A stretch of DNA of 64,000 bases from Thermodesulfobacteriota bacterium (GTDB taxonomy: Bacteria > Desulfobacterota > WTBG01 > CAIYCZ01 > CAIRTM01): contig JANQGV010000091.1 of NCBI GenBank assembly GCA_028282925.1, positions 4,748-68,747 on the forward strand, written 5' to 3'. Below the pieces are notes generated by a model. It was given only the letters and a program-made list of their open reading frames with translations, did no database searches and was not told the DNA's origin. Both the position numbers and the translations under genes were made by a program. This document shows, piece by piece, positions 38,001 to 46,453 of this stretch; the first letter of the stretch is position 1, and every line of letters starts with the position of its first letter.

Positions 38001-39720
38001 GAGTGGAATTATAATTGCTCATCCCACCACCAAAAGTTACGGCCTGGTTGCCCAAAAAGGCACAATTATTAATACCGGGGAAAGAGCCATACGTATTCAA
38101 CATCCCGCCTGCCTGATGAGCGCTGTTATTATAAAAAACACAGCCGGCTATTTCAGGAGAGGCCTTGGAGTTTAAAATTCCACCGGCGCTATCACCGGCC
38201 ACATTACTGGAAAAATTCGCATTGGTTATGATAAGGTCGGATTCCCGGTTATATATTCCACCACCCTTAAACACGGCTCTATTGCCGTAAAAAACCGTAT
38301 TGTTTATTGTAGGAGAGGAATATTGTATGTTTAATGCTCCACCATATTCAGCCGTGTTGTCAAAAAAATCGCATTTTGTGATCAGGGGAGAGGAATAATA
38401 GTTAAAAATCCCTCCCCCATATCTAGCAGTGTCATTTTCTGTGAAGGTACAATTGTCAATTACCGGAGAACTTTCTCTTAAATAGATACCTGCACCGGAG
38501 CCTTCAGCATAATTCTTTTCAAAATTGCAGTTACTGATTAGCGTATTGCTATTATAGAGATAAACAGCTCCACCATATAAACCAACACTGTTCTCTGTAA
38601 AAGTGCAATTACTGATGGTTGGCATGGAATTATAATTACATATGCCACCACCATTTTCTACAGCTTGATTTCCCCAAAAGGTACAGTTACTAATGTTGGA
38701 ATACGAGTCACTAGTATTTAAAATCCCGCCTGCCTGCTTAGCACTATTGTTAGAAATAATACAATCGGTTATTTCAGGTGAGGACTTTGAGTTTAATATT
38801 CCGCCGGCACTGACATCGGCTTTGTTGTCCGAAAAAATTGTGTCGGTTATAATACAATCGGATTCCCGGTTGAATATTCCTCCACCTTTAAAAACAGCAC
38901 TATTGCCTGAAATAATGGAATTTTTTATGATTGGAGAGGAATATTGGATATTTAATGCCCCACCGTATTCAGCCGTGTTGTCAAAAAATTTACATTTTGT
39001 AATAGTGGGAGAGGAATAATAATTAAACAATCCCCCACCATATTTAGCAGTATCATTTTCTGTGAAGGTACAATTGTCAATTACCGGGGCGCTTCCCCTT
39101 AAATAGATAGCTGCACCAGAACCTTCAGCATAATTATTATCAAAATTGCAGTTGTTGATTTGCGCATTACTATCTTTGAGGTAAAGAGCTCCACCATATA
39201 AATCAACACTGTTGTCTGTAAAAGTGCAATTGCTGATAACCGGAGAAGCATAAACGATAAAAGCACCACCACCATCTGCCATTTGGGAACAACCATCATC
39301 CCCATTGCGGATGGTCAACCCGTCGACGGTGGCATTGGCGGTTATATACAGTAAGTTATAGACCGTGTACTGGCCGTCAAGTACGGTTTCATAACGCGTA
39401 ACGTCCCGATCGTCCCACTCCGGGTAGGCAAAATCAGACGGGAACCCGCCGTAGATATGCACGGCCTTGTCAATCTCGATACTTGCCGACAGTGGATAGC
39501 GTCCCTCCTTGACCAGTATTAGATCATCAACTTGGGCAGCATCTATTGCCTCCTGCAAGCTTTTGAAGGCATCCGCCCAGGTAAAGCCGTACTGACTGGA
39601 AGAATCAACCCCGCCGTCTACATACCAGGTAGCGGCATGAAGGGGTGACAGGGGTAGAGCGGTAAAGAAGACAACAACTGCTGTAAAGTGAAATAGCCAG
39701 GAAGTAATTAGATTTTTCAT
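32032..39720 (-). CDS. Giant secreted/surface multidomain protein, paralog 3 (about 2562 aa from MKNLITSW) with the same architecture, including an internal tandem duplication of Pmp-like repeats
   Basis: The ORF spans 32032-39798. I place the start at 39720, which puts the signal peptide (MKNLITSWLFHFTAVVVFFTALPLSPLHA) at the N-terminus. C13 dyad LIDHGGPE/VYDACRSGSF, then degenerate LVGQGGP/IYDADYSGSF. Conserved C-terminal domain. Confidence 0.9.
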   Translation of the reverse strand: MKNLITSWLFHFTAVVVFFTALPLSPLHAATWYVDGGVDSSSQYGFTWADAFKSLQEAIDAAQVDDLILVKEGRYPLSASIEIDKAVHIYGGFPSDFAYPEWDDRDVTRYETVLDGQYTVYNLLYITANATVDGLTIRNGDDGCSQMADGGGAFIVYASPVISNCTFTDNSVDLYGGALYLKDSNAQINNCNFDNNYAEGSGAAIYLRGSAPVIDNCTFTENDTAKYGGGLFNYYSSPTITKCKFFDNTAEYGGALNIQYSSPIIKNSIISGNSAVFKGGGIFNRESDCIITDTIFSDNKADVSAGGILNSKSSPEITDCIISNNSAKQAGGILNTSDSYSNISNCTFWGNQAVENGGGICNYNSMPTISNCTFTENSVGLYGGAVYLYNSNTLISNCNFEKNYAEGSGAGIYLRESSPVIDNCTFTENDTARYGGGIFNYYSSPLITKCDFFDNTAEYGGALNIQYSSPTINNTVFYGNRAVFKGGGIYNRESDLIITNANFSSNVAGDSAGGILNSKASPEIAGCVFYNNSAHQAGGMLNTYGSFPGINNCAFLGNQAVTFGGGMSNYNSTPFINNSFFSGNKAYIGGGLYNNNTIVNMANCTLSGNRASYGGGIMTDNCTDDVISNCVMWGNVLPNNASVDNGPQIYTYTDYSSVGFCNIDQSGFGNQDGSADGKGNIRKDPLFVRAPDPGADEEWGTDDDDYGDLHLTSFSPCIDAGSNEVAHLLSTDPDGDPRIVDGDDDGVAVVDMGMDEFIHDQMLSSLTTDLLEDDIVSMSPTYPENDTTRMPQDGAGGNGSDSQSLPDGTGGDIIVLSEVKGQNGEDSALNVPLAFHYTCRSIWPSLKNPWYFEHPAGVAVDPWGNLYVADTGKHGVQKFSPGGKFIAAWGGPGAGHGQFSYPTGIATDLYGNVYVADTDNHRIQKFDPNGNFILEICEQISDNDTLSYPQGVAVDQGGDIYVADTFNDRIVKFNPDGQLIAMWGSYGNGSGEFDLPRGIASDRNGHIYVVDRYNHRIQMFHDDGTFLMAWGSEGDGGSQLDSPLGIAVGLDSEIYVTDSENHRIVKLRDDGSGFVSVAVMGACGTGQDSLCTPAGIAVDADGYVYVADVWNNRIQKFHDVDVELDYVFALSNRGARGGEFISPESVTVDEKGYVYVADTDNHRIQKLGADGAFLFEWSRNDTKFVQGIAADTQGDIYAASADFNQVTKYAGDGNFLAYVNKYIKDDVYKFFYKPYGIAFDDQGNIYVVDRGNNYVVKFNPNFNDTETVWGGQGIGAGYFRNPHGIAVDVEGRVYVADTDNHRIQKFSSAGEYIGQWGVNGSSAGEFNAPRGVATDNESGTVVLYVADSGNHRIQKFSASGDFIQSFGSYGTSPGQFNDPGGLCIGNDGRIYVADTGNDRIQVFNHLQTPNSKAVIVAGRSHEGDALWNATSMNAKFAYRALLYQGFTKDTICYLSPDIQWDQDNNGEFDDVDGIASRESLHTALTEWSGDADSLVVCLIDHGGPEIFRLNKQEVLHAGELSQWLDGFSGPTTVVYDACRSGSFLQALKKANRTLITSTDVNQRAQFLGGGAISFSNYFWNHIFNGVPVREAMEKAGTAVESTFHNQTPLSEPSDISADLVIGYGTSISGSAPEIAEIYPDTQTITSGTTATIRANRITDPDSATLSGVWAVVLPPGFSEDSIDNPMVELPFFELQEVDCDGYSGKCYEGSFDKFTIDGEYQLAVYAMDDQGNTSVPLVSEVKVESPLTQKAIIVAGTKGGDGFVEKGVDLAYHALKTQGYKDGVITVLEPDGSASISSLRGALEAARNSTHDLVLYLVGQGGPLEFHINDSEILSVSELDSWLDELQANMDGVLTVIYDADYSGSFIPLLTPPENKKRIVITSTAADEPVYYGSRGLISFSTFFWSRVYNGEKVHDAFSYAKKASNCLNKSCRPQTPSLNDNGNGIANEYADGLLAMNYKIGIGWNFADDGPMVGSVFAEAEENNRISIQAGVTGTGEVKRVWAVVTPIDSCPGGDEAVEEVELFYDIASETATGLFEPTSSQDYKITVYARDADNNTSRPFETKVYLGQGGLCSAGTADAYEEDNSKEEARVIVVNAREPQEHSFCSARDEDWVKFYGLEGEYYSIVTDNLGENSLPVIELYNEQLDMQRSKVPEEGGAVYLDWLCPEDGVYYVRLWNYLLYDEDGQDTVTTGYSLRVYNPYWPDFLVLMSGEVKDGTTRQPIDGAVITTDGGGAAISEQGRYELYQYPGRWTLEARSSGYQWYREYITVGTGSMVMQKDISMLPLSTNTSTTTSIDSSSSSPPATTTTVPVETTSSTTTTIDDGNLATTTTTVAPPPEPLEIVSTPRAMAFVDEQYTYTVEVSGGAAVTCELQSAPAGMVIDKTTGTITWTPALEQLGNHRVVVCVTDDLGRKVSQEFTVRVTLSCVLTQVLNNNRQDLDLLRSYRDSRLYRSAAGRGLLYLYYANGPEIYAILAKQPGLMTSVRKTVRELLPELKKGAEKNEPIGLPEDTRRKARRLLKDIRQKASPGLKKSLALVLRRLEDVGFLQDIGIKHSNTGRK

Positions 39721-39999
39721 GATGCCCCTCTGGGTTCGGCAAAATGACCAGAAAGCCGGCATCTGCCCGGAAATGCATACCATTTGATCGAGCTTCAACC
39801 AAATGGGTATATGCTACTGATGACGGTTTCTTTTCTGTTTACACTCGTAATGTGGCTACCTGGTAAACAAATATTACAATACCGATTGCAGCCGATAAAA
39901 TATAAAATCGCATACTAACAAAAATTACGAAAAAAACAATACTGAAAGTATTTACTCAGTCTAAAATGAGTAAAAATACGGATAAACACTGGTCGTCTG

Positions 40000-41349
40000 T
40001 TAGAAATAATAGATCAAAGAGGTCATAAAGAGGTGTTGGGTCACATCGGCATCGGTGCCGGGCAGGTTTACCAGCACATCACCCTGCACATCGTTGCCGC
40101 GGCGATACTGGTAGGCACAATCAAAAACCAGGTTACCGGCCGTAAAGCCGGTGCCCAAGGAAAATCCCCAGAAATCTTCCGGGCTCTTTTCCGATGGTTC
40201 GGGATCGTAAAACAGCCCGCACCGCAATGGTATGATGGTTTTCGGCAGGATAAAGAGGTATTCGGCCCCCAGCCGTACCTGGTGGGTCGCACGGGTGGGG
40301 CTTTCGTGTGAGGGCTTGCCGGTCAGCGGGTTCAGTCGGTTGCCGCTGCCGTCTTCCAGCCGGAAATGAGACCACTCGGTCCGGTAGATATCAAATGAAA
40401 TGGTCAGCCGGTCGGTAAACCGCATCGCAACTCCAAGACCGTAGGAGAGCGGCATTTCAAGCTCAACGTCTTCATCAATCCGCATTGAACCCGTTGCGGG
40501 CAAGCCGCCGATCATGCGGCTGGTGGTTACAACCTCACGCTCATGCTCCATGTCTGCCGTGAACGGGGTTTTAACCACACCGCCGACGGTCAAAAAGCTG
40601 TTTATATGCCACAGAAAACCGATATGCATGTTAAAGCCGGAGAAACCGTAGTAGCGGTCACGGTCGGTGGATTTCACCGTGGACGAAAGTCTGCCGTCGC
40701 GGTAGGTGGCACCTTTAATGACCAGATCCGACTCCCAGCCGTTACTCCAGAAAAGGTTGTCGGTCCAGATATTACAGGTAACACCGAGAGCAAAGTCCGG
40801 GGTTACCTCAACGGCAAAGGCCGGTGACAGAGCGCTAAGCTTACCCTTCTGCCTAAAGTCGACTTTCTGGTCATACTGCAGGGGCGGATCCGTGGAGCGT
40901 TCAGTCAGATCGGTGCGGATATCGCGGTCGAACTCATACAGGCGCTGATAGTTGAGGGACACAATCATATTCCGCTCTAAAAACTCAAACGGAAAGGCGA
41001 TGCTGAAATAGTTGAGATCCTTGACAAGGGTTTTCTGCATGCCGGACACTTCCGGGTAGGAGCGGGACGAAAAATCATCGCGGCGGCTGAAATGCGAAAA
41101 GGCAAACGAAACTTCGGGTTGCATCAACTGGGTCAGACCGGCCGGGTTCCACGACGCGGCAGTGGCATCATCGGCAACGGCGATAAAGGCACCCCCCATA
41201 CCCACGGCCCGGGCACCTGAACCCACCGGGTTGGGCGACGATGCACTGATGGCCTTTTGGGGTGTCTGCTGGGCCGCGGCCCCCTGGCACAGGGCAATAC
41301 CGAAACCCGTCAGAAAACATATATATATAAATATCTTTTTCACAGGCAT
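40000..41349 (-). CDS. FadL/TodX-family outer-membrane beta-barrel transport protein
   Basis: 449-aa ORF with a signal peptide. N-terminal hatch motif GARAVGMGGAFIAVADDATAASWNPAGL (FadL-type G.GA.ADDA.....NPA). Alternating amphipathic beta-strands, terminal aromatic residue (YYF). Last gene of the three-gene operon. Confidence 0.75.
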   Translation of the reverse strand: MPVKKIFIYICFLTGFGIALCQGAAAQQTPQKAISASSPNPVGSGARAVGMGGAFIAVADDATAASWNPAGLTQLMQPEVSFAFSHFSRRDDFSSRSYPEVSGMQKTLVKDLNYFSIAFPFEFLERNMIVSLNYQRLYEFDRDIRTDLTERSTDPPLQYDQKVDFRQKGKLSALSPAFAVEVTPDFALGVTCNIWTDNLFWSNGWESDLVIKGATYRDGRLSSTVKSTDRDRYYGFSGFNMHIGFLWHINSFLTVGGVVKTPFTADMEHEREVVTTSRMIGGLPATGSMRIDEDVELEMPLSYGLGVAMRFTDRLTISFDIYRTEWSHFRLEDGSGNRLNPLTGKPSHESPTRATHQVRLGAEYLFILPKTIIPLRCGLFYDPEPSEKSPEDFWGFSLGTGFTAGNLVFDCAYQYRRGNDVQGDVLVNLPGTDADVTQHLFMTSLIYYF

Positions 41350-41360
41350 AGAACCGTCAG

Positions 41361-43355
41361 CTATTTTGTAATAATGTTGTCGCCTTTCACCATTCCTCTC
41401 TCGGTAAAAAGCTTTTCAATATCCGTCCGGGCGGATTCCACTTTAACCTCCCCGGCGGACAGCAGGGCCTGGATAATGGTATCGCTGCCAAGATCAACCC
41501 CTTTACCGGCAGGTTCCTTCGGCTCTTCATCGCTGTAAGCCAGGAAACGCATGCCAGGGCGGATGCCGTCGCTACTGCCAAGGTCGATACGTGCATAAGA
41601 ACTCGCCAGTTCTTCAACACGGCCTTCCCTGAGCGGCAGGTGTTCTTTAAATTTGCGTGCCAGGCGGTCCATATTTTCCCATACGTCCGCCCAGCGGTCG
41701 CCCTCCCAGTACACATCCATTTCAGCCAGCACGCGCTGGGTTTCAACATCAACCAGCCGGGCATCAACACCCACCGATACTCCCGAGGCGGTAATAGCAC
41801 CCTGAAGTACCGTGTCCGCACCTATTCTGATGCCCATCTCTGCCGCTTTTTCCTGTGCAGCCAGTGCAGTCACATCCCCAGACTCTTTGTGCAAAACTTC
41901 ATCAACTTTTCCGGCCTCAAAAACATTAAAGCGCTTCTGGTTTGTAAAGGCTGTCATCAGCACACTCCGGACAGTATCCTGCAGCGCACGTTCTGCAGGT
42001 TTCTTTTCAGCAAACGGTAAAACCGCCATCGACAGACGAGAATTTATGCGCCGCACACGGGGCACCACCCGCTCGACCATAACTTCTTTTTCCACAGTAC
42101 GCCCCGACGAATCGACGTGGGAAACCCTGACCGTATTGTTTTTATCAACCAGTTTTATCCGCTTGCTGAATGCCACAGCAACAGAGATACTGCGGTCCTG
42201 TTTTTTTAAAAACGCCCTGAAATCGTTCCGCGCTTTTGCGGCCAGCAACGGCTGCCCATTGAGATCCAACTCGCGGACACCTTTCGCGGCAGCGACCAGC
42301 CCCTGTACGCACAAGCTGCTTTTATAGCTCACCTGGTGGTCTTTAAGACCTGCAAGATCGATCACCGGACTGCCCCGACCACTAGCAACCGGTATCACAC
42401 CGGTGGTAACATTGCCCACCGTATCCCGGACGCTGAAGTGAACACCCTCCGGTCCAACGGCAAAGCTCTCATGGAAAGAACCCGCGGCCGTATTCTTAAA
42501 AGCAAGGGTGCGGCCGTTGATGGTCAGATCTGCAATACCCGATTCATCATATACCCTGCCCGAGATCGAAACAACACCGGCAGAATCCGGTGCACAGGCA
42601 AGCATGACCAGCGGCCCCTGACGGTCGACAAACACTTTCAATTCCACCGCCGTGGACGTTTTACCGAGAATGTCCTCCGAGCGGATCGTAATAAGGTTTT
42701 TTCCCTGCTGCAAAACAAATTCTTCTGCAAAAGAAACTTCACTCCGGGAAAGTTCCAGGGTGGAAGCCGCGTTGTTGACAATAACGTTTTTAACGAAATA
42801 GTTGTCACGGGCCGTTCCCCTGACGGTCACTGAAAAATCATTAGTGCTGTACTGCGGCGGTGGAAAGGTAACCGCAACCGACGGGGGTTTTGTATCAAGT
42901 CCTGCCCGCTCCAGCCACGCTTTGCGGGCCAGGTTCAGGTAATACTTTGCCCGGGCGGTTTCAACCGACGCCAGCGACGTCTCCAGTGCCTGGATTGCCT
43001 GCTGATACTTCCCAAGGTTGTACCAGGCAATCCCAAGCTCGCGCCGGGGAAAGTAGTCGATAACATGCATGCCGTAGGTACGCGCCCGGCGCTGATCATT
43101 GGAACGCCTGCCAATGGCAACCAGGTAATCGGCTGCCGCATCTTCCCAGTACCCGCCCTCAGTGTACGAGCACCCACGCAAATAATAGTTATACCAGCGC
43201 GATTTAAAAAGACCATCGGTCTTTCCGTAGAGTTCGCCGTCCTTTTCATAGACCCTGCCCTTTTTCACCGCACACCCCGTAAACAGATACGGCAGGCTGC
43301 ACAGCACAATAAGGCCGGCAATATATACAATGACTTTTTTTTCTTTATGCATCAT
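41361..43355 (-). CDS. Lipoprotein with N-terminal TPR-like region, central Ig-like beta domains and C-terminal CsgG/LpoB/FlgO-like (TolB-N-like) domain
   Basis: 664-aa ORF with a lipobox (LFTGC). The C-terminal segment LSMAVLPFAEKK...VRSVLMTAFTNQKRFNVFE...GDVTALAAQEKAAEMGIRIGADTVLQGAI...VDARLVDVETQRVLA fits the CsgG/LpoB-like pattern. It begins 26 nt after the CHAT gene and ends 11 nt before the OMP gene. Confidence 0.7.
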   Translation of the reverse strand: MMHKEKKVIVYIAGLIVLCSLPYLFTGCAVKKGRVYEKDGELYGKTDGLFKSRWYNYYLRGCSYTEGGYWEDAAADYLVAIGRRSNDQRRARTYGMHVIDYFPRRELGIAWYNLGKYQQAIQALETSLASVETARAKYYLNLARKAWLERAGLDTKPPSVAVTFPPPQYSTNDFSVTVRGTARDNYFVKNVIVNNAASTLELSRSEVSFAEEFVLQQGKNLITIRSEDILGKTSTAVELKVFVDRQGPLVMLACAPDSAGVVSISGRVYDESGIADLTINGRTLAFKNTAAGSFHESFAVGPEGVHFSVRDTVGNVTTGVIPVASGRGSPVIDLAGLKDHQVSYKSSLCVQGLVAAAKGVRELDLNGQPLLAAKARNDFRAFLKKQDRSISVAVAFSKRIKLVDKNNTVRVSHVDSSGRTVEKEVMVERVVPRVRRINSRLSMAVLPFAEKKPAERALQDTVRSVLMTAFTNQKRFNVFEAGKVDEVLHKESGDVTALAAQEKAAEMGIRIGADTVLQGAITASGVSVGVDARLVDVETQRVLAEMDVYWEGDRWADVWENMDRLARKFKEHLPLREGRVEELASSYARIDLGSSDGIRPGMRFLAYSDEEPKEPAGKGVDLGSDTIIQALLSAGEVKVESARTDIEKLFTERGMVKGDNIITK

Positions 43356-43381
43356 ATGTTGGTATCAAACAATGCAGCACG

Positions 43382-46081
43382 CTACAGCCAGTTTCCCATG
43401 AGAATAAACGGCGACCAGAAAAAAGGGTGCGCATAGGGTTTCGCCGGGTCCGTGCCGGTCGACTCCATCCCCGCCTGCTCCTCAATGCGCTCAATCTGCA
43501 TCCCGCGCATTGCCGGTTGTCTTTCGCTGTAATCAAAGCGCCCGTTAATAAGATTCATCTGTGCCAGCCGCAATGCTTCGGCTTTGGTCCGGCCGGGCTG
43601 CTCGCTGTGCAGACGATAAAAGTCCTGCATTAATATTCCGGTACTCTGGTCCGCCACCGGCAGCAGGGTAGCCATCACGCCCTCTGCCCCAAGATCCTGT
43701 GACAGTGTTCCGAAGCACTCAATTTCACTGCCGTTTGCCTCGGCACCGCCAACGGCGGTATTACAGGCCGAAAGGGCCATAAGCTCCACCCCGCCAAAAT
43801 CATATCCACCGCCCATAAGTCGCGACAAAGGCAGCCTGGAGCCGTCGCCCAGCACCAGATACGATTGCCGGTGTGTTCCCGGGTTAAGCTTGAAATGTCC
43901 GGCGATATGCACAGCCGGAAATGATGCCGCCAAAACCTCTTTAAGCGATCCTTCCGAGAACAGCTCGTCAAGATAAATCACCCCCGGCAAAACGCCGTCA
44001 GGGTCTTCCCGGTCACGGCGAATAATACCTTCCAGCTCTTGCGGCACATGCGGCAGGGGATCGAACTCGCGAACCGCCTTACTCAGCCCGAAACCACCTA
44101 CCCGCCATTGAGTCCCGGGCGCAGCCATATCTCGCATCCCCGCAGCGGCCGTATAGACGGCCAGTTGGTACCGCTCCACAACATATCGCTCTCCATCGTG
44201 CAATGCCGCCACCGGCAAATAGCGCAGCGGCCCGTCAAGTGACAGCATCAGTGTTTCCGCCCCGGCCTGTTTCAGGTCCCCGGCAATCGGACCCAGCACA
44301 ATCCGGTACAGCTCAGCTGCCTTTTGCAGGTGAGTACTCCGCGGGTCTTGAAGAACCGTTCGATAATCAACAATCTTACGCTTGAGGTCCCGGGCGCTAA
44401 CCGTCACATCCCGGCATAGTTGCCGGTCGGCGGTAGTCAACAGAATGCGCAGTTTTTCATCCGTCAGCACATAATGAATAATAACGGCACCGTGTCCCAG
44501 GTCCCGTAGGGTACGCTGCCATTGCGGCTGAGTATCCCGGCTTTCCGGACTGGCCTGCGCAAGCTGCTTTCCGTCGGCACTGTCGAACTCCTCGATATGT
44601 TCGTCCAGATAGCGCCGTGCGGTTTTGCGTGCGACTTTCAGTTCCTTTTCAAGCTGCCGGTATCGTTTCACTTCCTGAGCTGTTCGGTCCTGCGGTAAAA
44701 TGGCTTCTAAAAGCCTCGATTTACCGGCTAGTCCGGCTATTTTCTCATAGAGCGTGCGGTAGCGCTGCACCCAGGAGTGCTCGGCTTCGCTATAGCCGGC
44801 CATTGTTGAACGTACGTCGGAATGTGCTGCCGTCCGGCGCAAAAAGTCAAAATACTCCTCCTCTTTCTGCATGCGCAGCACCTGCTGCGCCTCGGGAAAC
44901 CTGCCTAGGTCGATAAGCACGTCGGCCAGAAACCGGTACACGTGCATTTTTGTTTTCATAAACGATGACTGAAAGTGCCGTTCCAGGCTCCTGATTTCAA
45001 AACGCAATTGCTGGATGGTGTTAACGGCCGCCTTGCCGAAAAAAACGGCCGCCTGCCGGTTGCCCTGCCGGTTCAGCACAAACGCCAGGTTAAACTGTAC
45101 CCGCCAGAGCAACTCCGGGAGCCGGGTCTCCTGCGCAATCACCAGCGCACGCTCATACAGCACACGCGCCTGCCCGTAATCCCCCTGCGCAAAACGGACC
45201 TCACCAAGGTTATTCAGCCGGACCGCCACCAGCCAATGATTCGCGCCATATTCCGCCTCGTCGATTGAAAGGGCCCTCTTATAGAGTTTTTCGGCTTCCA
45301 GGAACTCATTCACTGCATAATAGAGGCCGGCCCGGTTATTCAACACGGTGGCCGTCTCCGGATGGTCCGGGCCATAGGCTTTGCCCGTGATGGAAAGAGC
45401 CCTGTCATACATCCTGCGGGCCGCGGCATAGTTACCAACCACTTTATAAAAACGGGCAACATTACTCAGCACAGTGGCCGTTTCAGGATGGTTTGGTCCG
45501 TGAACCTGTTCGCTGCTGTTCAATGCGCGCACATACAGGGTTTCGGCCCCGTCATAATCACCCAACGCGTGAAGAACCTCTGCCAGGTTGTTGAGCAACG
45601 TTGCCTTCCGCACCGCATGCCCCACACCCCCGTTTTTCTCGTAGTTTGCCAGGGCATGCTCATACAGGGATTTTGCCTCGGGATACTCGCCCAGGGCAAA
45701 AACGGTTCCCGCCAGATTGGCAAGGTCTCGGGCAACCACCGTATGTTCAGGACCCATGGTCTGCATATCGATGGACAGCGCCCGGTCATACAGTTCCCGG
45801 GCCTGCTCGTAGTTCCCCCGTTCATAATGAAATCGGGCAAAACCGTTCAGAACGACGGCAACTTCCGGATGGCCGGAACCGTACCTGCTTTCCGTGCCAG
45901 CCAGCAATTCCTGATAGTCTTTTTCTGAAAGAACCGGTCCCTTCAGCGTTTTCCGCCCGAGGTCCCGGGCGGCCTTATCCGCCCGAAAAAAACCGCACCC
46001 GCACAGAACAACTGCCAGGATACACACTGTCAGGCAGGCTGAAATAGTTTTATTTTTTTGCACCAACCGTACTATGTTCAT
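43382..46081 (-). CDS. TPR-repeat CHAT-domain protein (caspase-like clan CD peptidase), predicted lipoprotein
   Basis: The ORF spans 43382-46108 and starts on GTG. I place the start at the ATG at 46081 (MNIVRLVQKNKTISACLTVCILAVVLCGCG, a signal peptide with a lipobox). At least 6 TPR_10/12-like repeats (YERGNYEQARELYDRALSI...). C-terminal CHAT domain with a His/Cys dyad (HIAGHF ... LSACNTAVGG) and a typical ending (HPFFWSPFILMGNWL). Confidence 0.85.
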   Translation of the reverse strand: MNIVRLVQKNKTISACLTVCILAVVLCGCGFFRADKAARDLGRKTLKGPVLSEKDYQELLAGTESRYGSGHPEVAVVLNGFARFHYERGNYEQARELYDRALSIDMQTMGPEHTVVARDLANLAGTVFALGEYPEAKSLYEHALANYEKNGGVGHAVRKATLLNNLAEVLHALGDYDGAETLYVRALNSSEQVHGPNHPETATVLSNVARFYKVVGNYAAARRMYDRALSITGKAYGPDHPETATVLNNRAGLYYAVNEFLEAEKLYKRALSIDEAEYGANHWLVAVRLNNLGEVRFAQGDYGQARVLYERALVIAQETRLPELLWRVQFNLAFVLNRQGNRQAAVFFGKAAVNTIQQLRFEIRSLERHFQSSFMKTKMHVYRFLADVLIDLGRFPEAQQVLRMQKEEEYFDFLRRTAAHSDVRSTMAGYSEAEHSWVQRYRTLYEKIAGLAGKSRLLEAILPQDRTAQEVKRYRQLEKELKVARKTARRYLDEHIEEFDSADGKQLAQASPESRDTQPQWQRTLRDLGHGAVIIHYVLTDEKLRILLTTADRQLCRDVTVSARDLKRKIVDYRTVLQDPRSTHLQKAAELYRIVLGPIAGDLKQAGAETLMLSLDGPLRYLPVAALHDGERYVVERYQLAVYTAAAGMRDMAAPGTQWRVGGFGLSKAVREFDPLPHVPQELEGIIRRDREDPDGVLPGVIYLDELFSEGSLKEVLAASFPAVHIAGHFKLNPGTHRQSYLVLGDGSRLPLSRLMGGGYDFGGVELMALSACNTAVGGAEANGSEIECFGTLSQDLGAEGVMATLLPVADQSTGILMQDFYRLHSEQPGRTKAEALRLAQMNLINGRFDYSERQPAMRGMQIERIEEQAGMESTGTDPAKPYAHPFFWSPFILMGNWL

Positions 46082-46453
46082 ATAGTTAGCTGTGTCGTTT
46101 AAAAGCACAAACAGTGCCCCGGTTTCGCCTCCCGCTCCTTCCCATCAAGATCACCGTAGAGGAATGGAACTACCGGAAAACGATAACCTGCTGATATTGC
46201 AACACTTTCAAGGAATCCCCTGATGAAAATAACAAAAGGCGCCGTGGTCGTCAAGCGGTGCCCCTTGAGTGTACAAGTATACCCTTTTGTTCAGATCAGG
46301 TGTAGCTGTTTTATTCCTCCCTTAATAATACGTAAACGTTCGAGATTTCTTACATAAAATCCTTATGACCTCAATCCCGGCACAATTGGAAAAGATAGGC
46401 GCTCTCCGAGAGTCTTCTTGACGTTCACTGGGGCAAAACATACTATTAACGGT

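Noticed and set aside
16700-39800. Whether the giant-gene array is a prophage, integrative element or CRISPR-like repeat array
   Set aside because: No integrase, transposase, tRNA boundary or short regularly spaced repeats are present. All repetition is in-frame coding repeats (Pmp, NHL) inside long ORFs.
40000-46081. Calling the OMP and CHAT genes bona fide type IX secretion components (PorV/PorU)
   Set aside because: Only the fold-level analogy holds (FadL-family barrel, clan CD protease). There are no other type IX genes, and the cargo C-terminal domain is unlike type IX C-terminal domains. I keep this as an analogy, not an annotation.
43382-46081. Whether the TPR-CHAT protein is a type III-E CRISPR Craspase (Csx29)
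   Set aside because: The protein has a signal peptide and lipobox, so it is extracytoplasmic. There is no Cas7-11 gene and no CRISPR array in the window.
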